From the NCBI GenBank assembly GCA_951406725.2, contig OX597830.1, positions 1,240,001 through 1,304,000 on the forward strand: a stretch of 64,000 nucleotides of DNA. The letters run 5' to 3'. Source of the stretch: Octopus vulgaris (Eukaryota). The notes below the pieces were generated by a model that had not been told where the DNA came from, made no database searches, and saw nothing but the letters and a program-made list of their open reading frames with translations. A program made the translations under genes and the position numbers. Shown here piece by piece: positions 1 to 18,783 of the stretch (positions are counted from its first letter, which is position 1; each line of letters opens with the position of its first letter).

Positions 1-80
1 ACATATATCCACGCATACACACATGCTTAGATACACATATACATATAGCTTAATAAGTCCACACATCTATATCTATCTAT

Positions 81-125
<45 letters not shown>

Positions 126-1635
126 TATGCATATATAGAGGTGTGTATATGCACACACATACACATATATACGCGACCGTTTGTTGCTGTGTATGCGTGT
201 GAGAGTATGCAGAGTATGTTCGCGTGCGCTAGCGTATATGCGTGTTGGTGCGCGTCTGTTGAAACATTATCAATCAAACCGTCCCCGTGTATTGCAGATA
301 ACTCCATACACATATCTAAATAAAAGTGTTTTCTTTATGAAATTCATTTGTTAATCATTTGCTTTTCTGCTTCACTTCCCTCATTTAATATATTTAACTG
401 CTTTTCTATTGTTATTCTTATAAATTCGTGCTGGATCAGGTGTCTTTATGGCAAAATTCAGTTTAAAGTAGCAATGATAATCATTGTTCACTGTCGTAGG
501 ACAATGTTGTTAACTTCATCGTATCAAATATATATTATATTCAATTAATATATAACGTCGTCTCCCATCCCTAACCTTACAGCAATCCGCGTGCAAAAAC
601 ACGTATATGCGCGCACACACACATATTACTATACGCTTGCATCGGCGCATGAACACAGAGACATCTATTATAAACAGTTGGATATTTATTGCTTCAGCAA
701 TTTGAGATAATGAGTAACTGAGTCTAGAATTCAATGACTCATGCTCACATGTATGGGTGCATATCTACACAGATGCTCAAAGCGATGTAATTTGTACTCA
801 CAAAATGGAGTAGTACTGTAACTGATATTGTCGACTGCCACTGTTGAGTACAGTATGATAACGCTAGTATATGATATTTAATGTTCATTATTCCTGCGTT
901 GATGTTTCACAAAATGTTGTTTACATAAATGTTGTTCGAAATGGCAGTCAATTTCACTACCTTAACAACATTCATCTCTTCGTAGAGAAAGGCGCACGTA
1001 GAGTAATCGATGTTTGGATACGCGTAGTAATACAGGATTTCTGGCCATCTTAATCACAACAGTAAAATTCAAAACGATATATCAAAACGCCTCTCTGATA
1101 TTGGAAAGCGAGCATTCGATAATGTGTCTGTGTGTGCATGTGTAGAGTAACTTAGAGCTACAATAAATACACTTCACATTTAAGTGAACCTAAGTAAATC
1201 TTAACATATCCACGAGTATCCTCAGTTCCCAACTTCCTCATCGGTTCATTCCCCCCTTCCCCCTCCTTTCTCTCTCCGTTTATATTCCTGTCTTCGCCAT
1301 TTACTCTTTTTCTCTTCGTCCACATCTCCCCGCATATTTTGTCTGTAATCCAATCAATGTTCAACTTTATTTCTACACAAGACCTACCATCTAAACAGAA
1401 TTTTCCACTTAGGATATATTGCTTTCACTTTTGTCATTCCTAATACTTTTCTTCTCTCCGTTAATTCTGATTAAAGGCAACATTAAAAACATTACTTTTT
1501 CTTTTTTCTTCTGTTCCAATATTAACTTTATTTTGCACATCTTTGAGTAACGAGATTTCTGTTTTTATATTTGTACGCTTTCCACGTGTTTTGTTTCTTT
1601 GTTTCATCTTTAGACAAATTAAATACACACATACG

Positions 1636-1637
<2 letters not shown>

Positions 1638-1728
<91 letters not shown>

Positions 1729-1730
1729 AT
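1638..1730. repeat. Compound (TA)n(TG)n microsatellite
   Basis: Direct reading. Confidence 0.95.
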
Positions 1731-2227
1731 ATGTATTATGTAGATAGATTTATAATGCCGGGCGTGTCCTCTTAAAGTATATGTGCTTATTCCAAAAGTT
1801 ATATTTGCTTGAGGCATGTATAAGTGGTGAAAAATACTGGAAAGCATATATGATTCTCGCCCTGAAGAATTTCTAATAGGAATTGTCTAACATGTTTCTC
1901 CTGAAGTACAATTTTGTAGCTCGTATTAGAAAACGAAAGACGTGCGATGGTGAATAATACCAACATTCTGTTGTGATATACATGCACACACATATATTTA
2001 AAAATAAATTCATGTTTGTCGTCATTTTTACCCACATCATATAGTAATTCCGTTTAATGAATTGTTTCTCGAGCTTGATTCTATGTAAAGTCAACAGACT
2101 TTGTTACATGCCGTAGTATTGTCTGCAGAAATTGCTAAGTGGTAAATAAAGTCTTCTTATCAGCTTCAAAGAAATCATCATTATCAATATTGACTATTGT
2201 TGTTATTGCTATTATCACTACCCCGGC

Positions 2228-2228
<1 letters not shown>

Positions 2229-2315
<87 letters not shown>

Positions 2316-2372
2316 TATTATTATTATTATTATTGTCGTTATTATTGCTATTATTAACACTATTATTATTAT
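2229..2372. repeat. (TAA)n followed by (TTA)n microsatellite
   Basis: About 28 TAA units, then degenerate TTA units. Confidence 0.95.
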
Positions 2373-4402
2373 TGTAGTAGTAGCTAACGAACAACATACT
2401 TGCATTACAAGAATTCTTTTCAGGATAATATAGATAACATTAAAAAAAACAGGGTGAGAGAAAATGAGTGACAGAGAGGAAGAGTGAGAGAGAGAGACGG
2501 GGGGAGAGGAAGAGAGATTCTAATTCTAAAAATCTCCCATCAAGAGCACACACACAAAAAAGACAACCACCGATTAAAACAACATGATAAACAAAACAAA
2601 CTATCTCTTTCTTTTGATACACAACGCCACCTATATGATAACTCAGATTTCCTACAAAAATTTTTAGAATTTGTGGTGTAAACAAACAAGGCGATGCTGT
2701 TTCCGTTAATCATACACCAGCTTATATACTTCACAACCAAAACAAAACAGTGATGGCTGACTTTCTTTCTTAACGTCATTTCATTTTGTCTCTTGTTTTT
2801 CAAACAAAACTGCTGTTTCGCTGATTATTATTTTATTGCAACAATACTAATTCGTTGAATGCACAGTTTTCAACTGAATTTGTTTTTTTGTTTCTTCACA
2901 TATTCTTGTTGCTCTTTCAGTTTACACAGAGAAGCAAATGAGTTGAGTGATTAGGTTGTGTTCTGCTTGCTCATTTATGAATTATCACACACGTACATGC
3001 ACACACACAGGCGGCACGGGCGCTTCAATACGCACATAACCACATGCATGCACGTACCTGAATACACCCACTGCACATTCACACATACCTACATACGTAC
3101 ATACACGTACATGCTTATATAGATACACATACAGTGGTGAGTTGTGTATGAAGTAAGACAGTACAATCTTCATACATGTGCGGGAGATGCTTCATAACAG
3201 AGTGTGCAATGATTCAACGATTCAACAGGCATTCGTTGCTAGGATTCGTTCGATGTAAATAAAAGTGAGATTAACGCTTAAATATACGTGAAAGAAAGAA
3301 CAATATTTATCAAATGTGTATGTGCCCGTTTTTAAACACAGGCGCACGTTAACACGCACATACTCATACTCATACTCATACTCACGTAGATCGCATAGAA
3401 ACATATTCACGCACGCATTAGTAATGTCACACGACGCAGAAATGAATGAACTGTATTAGAAGGATGCCATGTTTTAGGTATTCAACTGTACAACGAAGAC
3501 ATACACACTTTCACTGCAGGAATAACGCTGAGAGAATAAAAATAAAACCCCAGCTCTAAACAAACTGGTTCTCAGACAAGACTAAGTGTAGGATTTTCTC
3601 ATGGGTCATTTTCAGCAGCGAAAGGTCGTATCACGTCTGAATAAACATGAACGTGTCAAATATGTGTCCTGCGTACTGTGGACCTATAAACGATGTTAAT
3701 ATTCATGCACAATATTGTACAAAAATAAGGCAGAGAGATGTTAATATATATGGTTTAAACAAATGGTCGACAAAAAACAATTCAATGACATCAATTAGCA
3801 ACTTTGTTTTGGTTGAGTAAAGACACTTCCACGTGACGTTAAGAGTTATGATGCATGCTCAGTTTTCTATGAAGAGAAGATTCTACACATTCAAACATTT
3901 ATGTTACTATATACATATATATATATATGCACACACACACAAAGTACATAGACATTTATATATGGATATATTTATATAGTGTGTGGTCATGTGATATTAG
4001 TGAAAGCGATATGAGCACTAAACACTTTGATTAAAGCAGTTAGAACGTAAACTATTCCATAAATTAAATATATTAATAATCTACTCTTGCTTTATAAATT
4101 GAGTATTAGCCTGAATGATTACCTCTTTGTCATCTCCATCACCGAGGAACATGTAATGTGTGCGCTTTTATATGTGTGTGCACATGTATCTATGTAAGCA
4201 TGTTGGTGTATGTACGTATATAGGTATGTGTGAATGTGCGGCGAGTTGAATTAGGTACTTAAATTGAAGCACTTTGCCAGTCCGGTATATTCCGCATGAA
4301 ACGGCTGTAATGTATTGACACCTGTACATCTTTGATAATTTACATTCTATATATATATAAATACACACACGTGTGTGAGTGCAAGCGCATGTGCGTGTAA
4401 TG

Positions 4403-4648
4403 AAGACGCGTGGCTTAGTGGATAGGAACATTCGGCTCACGATCTTAAGGTCAAGAGGTCAACTCCTGCTGACGCGTTGCTCCAGCGCACTGAGCTGGAA
4501 AGAATGATTAGAACCTCCCCGAGAAGTACGTTATGGTAACGCGTACCTGTTGAGTGCTCAGCTACTTACACCTTAATTTCAGGAGCAGGATGTTCCGTTG
4601 ATCGGATCAACTGGAACCCTTGTCATCGTAACTGACAGTGTGCCAGAA
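4403..4648 (+). mobile_element. Degenerate tRNA-derived SINE
   Basis: Pol III A box TGGCTTAGTGG (~4410), degraded B box GAGGTCAACTCC (~4455), body with CGTTGCTCCAG..CACTGAGCTGG; resembles octopus SINEs as recalled, not searched. Confidence 0.65.
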
Positions 4649-4651
4649 TAT

Positions 4652-4685
<34 letters not shown>

Positions 4686-4701
4686 TATCATTATTATTAT
4701 A

Positions 4702-5378
4702 TTTCGGAATGGTCATTTTGCCAGTTTAGCCAATAAAAACACACGCACTATATACTTTGCTTCAGTGTTATTTATTTTTTACATTAATCTTAATATTATT
4801 TCGGCCAGAGTTCTTTCGTCACACTCCTGTGACCGCATCAGTGGTCCTTTGTTTTCTTCTTTCTTATATGTGTCTCTCCTTACTAACCGTCAACCATTTT
4901 GTATTTCTATTCAGTCTTCATTTGCGCATGCTTATATGTCTATGTGCGTCTATGTTAATTTAGTGTGTGTATGTGGGGGGGGTATGCCTGTAATATTTGT
5001 ATCTTCTGATTATATACATTCATGTAATTTGTTTTTCGTGTTGTTTTTGTTTATTGTTATTTTGTTCATGTGTTTACATCCACTGATTATTATCATTACT
5101 AGCATATGTAATGATAAAAATAAGTGGATGTAAACACATGAACAAAATAAGAATAAACAAAAACAACAACAACAAAAACAAATTACATGAATGTATATAA
5201 TCAGAAGATACAAATATTACAGGCATCCCCCCACCCACCACACACTAAATAAATGCACATAGAGATATAAGCATGCTCAAAAGAAGACATAAAATAGAAA
5301 TACAAAATGGCTGACGGTTAGTAAGGAGAGACACAAATAAGAAAGCAAAGGACCACTTATGTGGTCACAGGAGTGTGA

Positions 5379-5380
<2 letters not shown>
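4702..5380. mobile_element. Foldback element: imperfect palindrome 4817-5380 (centre ~5100) with degenerate hammerhead-like motif; Penelope-like remnant
   Basis: CGTCACACTCCTGTGACC (4817) is the reverse complement of GGTCACAGGAGTGTGACG (ends 5380); arms align throughout; flanked by TA arrays. Confidence 0.75.
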
Positions 5381-9162
<3,782 letters not shown>

Positions 9163-9211
<49 letters not shown>

Positions 9212-9259
9212 TATAAATATATATATGAATATATATATATATAAATATCTATATAAATG

Positions 9260-9293
<34 letters not shown>

Positions 9294-9854
9294 ATTGTAA
9301 ATATAAATATATATATATATAAATGTATATATAAATATATATATAAATGTATATATAAATATATATATATGTATATAAATGTATATATAAATATATATAT
9401 ATATATATATAAATGTATATATAAATATATATATATATAAATGTATATATAAAGATATATATATATAAATGTATATATAAATATATATATATATATAAAT
9501 GAATATATATAAATATATATATATAAATGTATATATAAATATATATATATATAAATGTATATATAAATATATATATATATATAAATGTATATATAAATAT
9601 ATATATATATATAAATGTATATATAAATATATATATATATAATGTATATATAAATATATATATATAAATATATATATAAATATATATATATATAAATGTA
9701 TATATAAATATATATATATATATATAAATGTATATATAAATATATATATATATATATAAATGTATATATAAATATATATATATATATATAAATGTATATA
9801 TAAATATATATATATATATCAATGTATATATAAATATATATATATATATAAATG

Positions 9855-9886
<32 letters not shown>

Positions 9887-9902
9887 AATAAATTTATATA
9901 TA

Positions 9903-9934
<32 letters not shown>

Positions 9935-10092
9935 AATATCTATATATATATATATAAATAAATGTATATATAAATATATATATATATATATAAATATATA
10001 TATACATATATATAAATAAATGTATATATAAAAATGTATATATATATATATACATATATATGAATAATTGTATATATAAATATATATATATA
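9163..10092. repeat. TA-derived higher-order array (unit ~AAATGTATATATAAAT(AT)n)
   Basis: Periodic aaatg interruptions every ~26-32 nt. Confidence 0.9.
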
Positions 10093-10641
10093 TGATTGAT
10101 TGATTGATTGATTCTAGTTTCTATTTTTATAAGTCAGTCTTAAAACTTGCCCACATGGCTTGGGGCATCTGGAGGGCGATATGTAGCACACACAGCTACA
10201 TCAAGTTGCCTAATATGTACAATTAGTGTGTCACACACCGAGTTTGAGTATGACAAGAGGACCTGGGGTGTTAGGTCCTCACGGATGTACATAGCAACAC
10301 CTCCATGACTCCTTTCTTTCCTGTTGGTCCGTACTACAGCATACTGTGGTATGTGTAACTCCGCATCTGCTATATCCGGTTTCAGGTGCGTTTCAGTTAG
10401 TGCTATGCATAAGGCTTGATTGCATGCAACAAAATCTCTCATGAACGGAACTTTTGTCCTGTTACTGAGTGTTTGCAGTCCTCTGATGTTCAGTAGGAGC
10501 ATCGAGGTGAGGTGTACGTTGTTGCCGGTGGTGTCCATCCTGGGTCTGTTTGCTGTGGTGGTGGTCTGGTATATAGTGGGTAGTCCCACCTGCGGGCTTG
10601 GGTTTGATGAAGCCAGGTCAGCTGCTGTACAACCTTTTGTG

Positions 10642-11395
10642 CTATGCACAAAAAGATTGTTGCTCAGCAGCTGCCCTTTCGACAACATCATGTTGGTGGT
10701 TTGTGGCACGCACAACATCTGCGTACCTCCGCTTTGGGGCAAGTGGTGCGTGGTCCATCCCTTTTCCTTGTGTTGATGGTTTGTCCATCTGCCTCGTGTC
10801 TCTGTGGCAGGGTCCCCGATGTGCAAAGCGGCAGCCTGCGCCTTCCTTTCCATGCCAGCAGGAACCTCTCAGGTAGAACCTACACACCCGTGTGCACTGT
10901 TTGTTTCCATCTTTTGCGGTTCCACTTCTATTCCTGGTTTTTTCACCCTTTGGTCCTGCTTGAGCTTTTCCTTTAGCTCTACCCCCTTCTTTTAGTTCTT
11001 CCTCCTCCCTCTACCTCTTCACCGGGTTCTCCGTCTCCATGGCCTTTGCTGCCGGTTGGAGAACTTGCACCTGGGTTCCCTTCCCGGGCAGGTTTCTCAT
11101 TCAAAACCTCCTCCCGGGCATCCACCAGGTGGGGGTGACATCTTTCATCGTCTCCATTCTTGTCATCTTTGCCCCGCTCGTTCTCAAAGATGGCATCAAG
11201 TGCGCCAATGTGCGACCGTATAAGCGCATATGGGCGCACGAATTCCCGTCTCTTTCGCTCCATCAGAGCCGCTGTCCTCTTGTAGCCTTTGCTCTTCAGC
11301 GCAGCCGCAATCACCTCGCTAGGGCTATCTCCGCCGGCGCACTCCCATGCTCGTACGAATAAATCCAGTTCGTCAGGTATCCATGCTCTGGACAT
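10642..11395 (-). pseudogene. LINE ORF1: Myb/SANT(trihelix)-like N-terminus, charged linker, CCCH zinc finger; frameshift near 10980
   Basis: MSRAWIPDELDLFVRAW...EVIAAALKSKGYKRTAALMERKRREF; CRFYLRGSCWHGKEGAGCRFAH (Cx7Cx8Cx3H). Confidence 0.75.
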
Positions 11396-11451
11396 GCTGG
11401 ATGATCTGTCTATTTGTTTATCTATCTAACTATGTTCGAGAGAAGACAAGA

Positions 11452-11945
11452 AGATATTTAATCTTAAGGCTAATTATGGGATAGAGTATTATTAATATTA
11501 ACAATATTAAAGTTTGTGGGTAAAAATGTTATTTAATCTTAGGCTAATTAGGAGATAGAGTATCTGAAAATATGTTAACAATATTACAATTATATTAAAG
11601 TGTGGGTAATAATCGTTATTTAATCTTGAGGCTAATTAGAAGATAGAGTATTCAAAAATATATTAAAGTGTGGGTAAAAACGTTATTTAATCTTAAGGCT
11701 AATTAGAGGATAGCGTATCTGAAAATATATTAACAAATATTTAAAATGTGGGTATAAAGGCTAATTAGAAAGATATTAGAGTGTGGGTAAAAAATTAGAT
11801 GTTAAAGTGTGGGTAAAAAACGTTGTTTATTCTTAAGGCTAATTAGAAGATAGAGTCTCTGAAAAATTATTAACAATGTTAAACAATATTAAACAGTATT
11901 AAACGTTATTTAATCTTAAGGCTAATTAGAATATGGAGTATCTGA
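11452..11945. repeat. Degenerate tandem repeat (~60-90 nt units, ~7 copies) in LINE 5'UTR
   Basis: Recurrent TTATTTAATCTTAAGGCTAATTAG..GATAGAGTAT..AAAGTGTGGGTAAAAA. Confidence 0.85.
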
Positions 11946-12812
11946 AAGAGGTAAGAAAGAGGGGAAAGATTAGTTATCTATATAAATTTCGTGAAAGTTC
12001 ACGTCCATGTATATATACGCATACATATATACATACACGCACACACACATACATACACGTGCACACACATACACATATACACAGATGGGGAGAGAAGGAA
12101 GGTGGAAAAAAAGAAAGAAAATGAGTGAAAATATATTAAAATATATATATATTTTAAAGTGTGAAGAAAGGGTTATTTAATTCTGAAGCCAATTTCTGCC
12201 TTCGAGACAGTTATTTAAATATAAACAAAAAATGGCGATCGTAAACTTTAACGGAGATGAGGGCTTAAGTTAAATGGGATAAAAATAGGATAATAAACAA
12301 AATATGAAATAGAAGATGAAAGTGATACTTAATCCAACGATGTGGTCTGGATTTTTTTCGTGGTTTACGGGGTTATTTTCCAGGAGATGTTTCCTTTTCC
12401 TTCTTCCAGGAGATAAGTTACTACAGTGGATTTTTTCCACCATGTGCGTTTTCGGTGAAAAGAAAAAAATATTACTGTATTTGGCTTCAGGCAAAATATA
12501 TTACGTTTTTGATTAATATATTTGTAGCCGAAGTGTTGTAGTGGGCTTTATGAGTTGAATTGGTGACTTTCAGTAGATTATTTCACCGATTTATGCACAC
12601 TTTCTGCCTTTTTTAAACAGAAAAAAGGCGATACACGACTCTCCCTGTCGGAACCGGAAATACATATATATAAATATATATATATATCTATATATATATA
12701 TATATAAATATATATAAATATAAATATATATTTAAAATATATATATATATAAATATATATAAATATAAATATATATATATATAAATATATATAAATATAA
12801 ATATATATAAAT

Positions 12813-13548
12813 ATAATTTCAACAATTGAGGGTAAAATTAATTAATTAATTATTAATCAATTTCACCAAGTGTTCAGTATGTAAAGGGACCATTTAAGGC
12901 GAATTCAAATTATTACATTATATAAAAGGGCTTAGTAAAATAAATTACTTTGCCACATACTGAACTCATTAGAAATAGTAGCTAAAAAAACTTTTTTAAA
13001 ACTATTTCTAATACTTAAAGAAAATCTCTCTCATATAGTGTTTGCTCAATTCAACTCACGAAAGTATGGGGGTAAAGACATTAAAAAATCAAATGCAAAG
13101 GTTATTTGAGAACGTACGTTTCAAGATTAGTCAAACTCGACATTTCTATCATCAGCTCAGAACTCCTTGGTTTGGATTTGAAAACACTGAAAGTGGGAGC
13201 ATACCCTTTCGGCTTCTTATCGCTTCTGAAGATCTGCTCGAAACTAACAGTGCCAGCACACCCAAAATATGCAGCGAAGAATTTCTGCTCTCCCCTTTCC
13301 ACCAGCGTGGGTTAAAATCAGTAAACACTATGCTCTTTCGGTAAATCCGAAACATTAAATATTAAATAGAGACAGATGAATTATAATTTCAACAATTGAG
13401 GGTAAAATTAATTAATTAATTATTAATCAATTTCACCTTTTCTTTAAGTATTAGAAATAGTTTTAAAAAAGTTTTTTTAGCTACTATTTCTAATGAGTTC
13501 AGTATGTGGCAAAGTAATTTATTTTACTAAGCCCTTTTATATAATGTA
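12813..13548. mobile_element. Hammerhead-bearing element with direct and inverted partial repeats (Penelope-like architecture)
   Basis: 12813-12867 repeated at ~13383-13437; 13438-13548 is the reverse complement of 12913-13024; TA on both sides. Confidence 0.75.
13107..13159 (-). ncRNA. Degenerate type I hammerhead ribozyme motif
   Basis: TGAG-CTGATGA-imperfect stem II-GAAAC-GTAC-GTT-CTCA. Confidence 0.6.
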
Positions 13549-15595
<2,047 letters not shown>

Positions 15596-15604
15596 ATATA
15601 TATC

Positions 15605-15675
<71 letters not shown>

Positions 15676-15676
15676 T

Positions 15677-18600
15677 TGATTGATTGATTCCAGTTTCAGC
15701 TTATGAGCTGTGGCCATGCTGGGGCACAGCCATTTGGTGTTGCTACTTGGTTTCACTTCATGGAGGCTTTCTGGCAACTGCTATTTGGTGCATGAGAGAG
15801 TTCGATGCAGCTGCCCTCATCTGCCCCTCCTGCCGTGAAGTTGGTTCATCTGGGACACCTGACAGGAAGAGATCCAGCTCCATTTTAAAGACATCTGTAT
15901 CCACCCCATGCAGGTCTCTCAGGTTCATCGGGAGGATATTGAAGAGCTGTGGGCCTCGGAAGCCCAGGCTATCACAGAATCTTGTCCTACATCTTGATGG
16001 CAAGTTTGGAGTCCTAGGCACCACGCAGTGGCGCCCAGTTCTGGCGTTTGCGTAACTCTCGATGCCAAAGTTCAGGACACTTCCCTCCAGGATCTTCCAG
16101 ATGTATATTATGGCATATCTTTCCCGCCTACGCTCCAGGGAATATAATTTTAATCTCTTGAGTCTTTCCCAGTAGCTTACATTCTGCATAGAGGCTATCT
16201 TCTTCGTGTAGCTTCGTTGGATCACCTCAAGTTCTGTGATCAACTTGACACTGGATGGTGACCATAGCTGAGAGCAATAGTCAAAGTGACTTAGGACAAG
16301 TGTCTTCCAGAGGACCATCATGGTTTCTTGTTCTCTTGTTCTAAAGGTTCTAAGAATCCATACAGCCAGCCGTCTGCATTTCATTGTCAGTTTAGCAACA
16401 TGTACATGAAAGGTCGCGTCATCACTCATGTGAATACCCAGGTCACGCACTGATTGTGCCTCTGGGATTGCAATCCATCCCGGTCCAGTGTATTCATTGG
16501 GGATTGCATTCAGTTTTGCATGCTGATAGTATAAAGCTTGAAACTTTTCAGCATTGAACTGCATGCTATTCTTTTCAGCCCACTTGAATATTTCGTCCAG
16601 CTCATATTGCAGGTGCCTAGTGTCTTCAGGGTTCTGTATTGCCTGTGAAACTTTTGTATCATCTGCATAACTTGTGATCGTGGCTCTCCGCGTGGCTGAG
16701 GGCATGTCTGAGAGGGCCATTATGAACGGTAGTGGTCCCAAAACAGTGCCCTGTGGAACACCGCTCACTATTTGCGTGCTAATGGAAGTGGCCCATTGGC
16801 TACTACCACCTGACTTCTATTCTTCAGAAAGTCGAGATATATGACTTCCACATTTGAGTGGTTGAGCAGTTGTTTCAGCACCCAGTCATAGTGCTGCAGG
16901 AGCTGAGTTAAGCAGCTTCTTCCTGGTCGGAAACCATGTTGGGTGTCAGGCAGCAAGTCATTTTCTTCAAGGAAGGTGATTAGTTTCCTTCTGACTATTC
17001 GTTCCATGACCTTGCTGATGTGTGAGGTCAGAGAGATAGGTCTGTAGTTCTTGGCCTCCGCTCTGCTACCTCCTTTATGAATAGGGCATATTTTACCTTC
17101 CTTCAGTTTTCTTGGAAGTTTGCCAGCTGCAAGGAAGCTCTGAAAGAGTAACTGCAGTGGTCTTGCTAAGACTCTCTTACATACTTTTAGGAGGATTGCC
17201 GGGAATCCATCGGGGCCAATAGCTGAGTCTATTTTCATTTCATCTATAGCCTTTATTACATCGTCTTCCTTTATATCGATGTAATTTAACGTCGCCGCCT
17301 CTGATTCTATATCTGCAGTGGTAAAGAAGTCAGTTGGATTGCTGATTTGGAAATGCCCAAGGGGTGGAGTGAAAACACTCTTGAATTGTTCATTCAGTAT
17401 TTCACTTACCCTCATTGGTTTTCCTATGAGTGTGCCATCCTTTTCAAGGAGTGGCCCTATCCTACAGTGCACCGTAGCTGTTTCTTTGGCATACCTGTAG
17501 AAAGCTCTGGGGTTAGTTTTTATGTTGTCTATAGCCCAGGCTTCTTTGTCTGCTCTTTCCTTCTCATGGGAGAGTTGCAGACAATTTTCAATTTCCAACA
17601 GTTTTATTTTCAGGCGGGACTTTTCACTGCTTTCAATTTGTTTGTTTAGGCGATTTGAGATTTTTGTACGCCGTCTCATTAAAATTTTTCTCTCTCTGGG
17701 GATTTTGTTCTTGTGTACAGTGGCCTTTCTCTCTGGGACACATTTGTAGCATATGGCTTGCATTACAGACATGAATTGTTGAAGTATCATGTCGATGTCC
17801 GGCGAGGAGAGACATTCAGGCCAGTTTTGTTTGAGGATCTCTTTCTCAATTTGTTTCCAGTTTGCCTTATTGAAGTTCAAGCTGGAAAGATTCTGAGGGT
17901 TTCTTGTAGGCTGCATGTCCGTGCTCTCTTTTGGCCCGTACATGGTCAGCTCTACCATGTTGTGATCCGAGAGTAGTGTCGGTGTCACTTTCACATTATG
18001 GATGAGATCCATATTATTTGTGAAGCAGAGATCCAGTGTTACCCGCTCTGGTTGGTTAGAGTATTACTTGCTCCATGTACAGGGTGTTGGTGAGGTTCAG
18101 GAGGGACCTCGCCTGTCCTCGTTCACATCTTGTCATTCCTGGGAGAAAAAGGCCCTCGGGCCATCTGACATTCGGTAGATTGAAGTCTCCCATAAGAAGT
18201 ACACTTATGTGTTGTTCTAATGTGGTTAGAACTTCTTCTATTTTTAAAAGGCAGTCCTCAAACTTGCCCATATGACTTGGGGCGTCTGGAGGGCGATATG
18301 TAGCACACACAACTACATCAAGTTGCCTTATGTGCACAATTAGTGTGTCACACACCGAGTTTGAGTATGACAAAATGACCTGGGGTGTGAGGTCCCCACG
18401 GATGTACATAGCAACTCCTCCATGACTTCTTTCTTTCCTGTCGGTCCGTAGTACAACATACTGTGGTATGTGTAATTCCGCATCTGCTATGTCCGGTTTC
18501 AGATGCGTTTCTGTGAGTGCTATGCATAAGGCTTGATTGCATGCGACAAAGTCTCTCAGGAACGGGACTTTTGTCCTGTTACTGTGTGTTAGTAGTCCTC

Positions 18601-18783
18601 TGATGTTCAGTAGGAGCATCGAGGTGAGGTGTATGCTGTTGCCGGTGGTGTCCACCCTGGGTCCATCTGCTGTGGCGGTCTTGTGAACCGTGGGCAGTTC
18701 CATCTGCGAGCCTGAGCCTGATGGAGCCAGGTTAACTGCTGTACAATCTTTTGTGCCATGCACAAAAAAGATTCCTGCTCAGC
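15677..18783 (-). mobile_element. Family A LINE, truncated at the ORF1/ORF2 junction; ORF2 frameshifted with 96-nt RT deletion
   Basis: ORFs 18056-18763, 16768-18012, 15758-16768; (TGAT)n tail at 15677. Confidence 0.95.

Larger units (their letters stand above)
10093..12660 (-). mobile_element. Family A LINE with intact 5' region, internally deleted (APE N-terminus joined directly to the 3' tail)
   Basis: Tail (TGAT)n + CTAGTTTC at 10093-10121 abuts APE sequence; ORF1 and 5'UTR upstream; 5' end at 12660 less certain (alternative ~12008). Confidence 0.8.

Noticed and set aside
4403-4470. tRNA gene
   Set aside because: No cloverleaf, degraded B box, continues into a SINE-like body
4800-4850. 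Active hammerhead in the first foldback element
   Set aside because: Good stem II (GTCAC/GTGAC) but core reads CTGATGCG and stem III is poor; kept only as degenerate
11452-11945. CRISPR-like array
   Set aside because: Degenerate units without unique spacers, eukaryotic context, no cas genes
13221-13260. Plus-strand CTGAAGA..GAAACT..AGT hammerhead
   Set aside because: G at the cleavage position and poor stems I and II; at best a relic
15684-16055. Recurrent antisense ORF ([11 protein letters not shown]...)
   Set aside because: Shadow frame of LINE ORF2; recurs only because the element is multicopy
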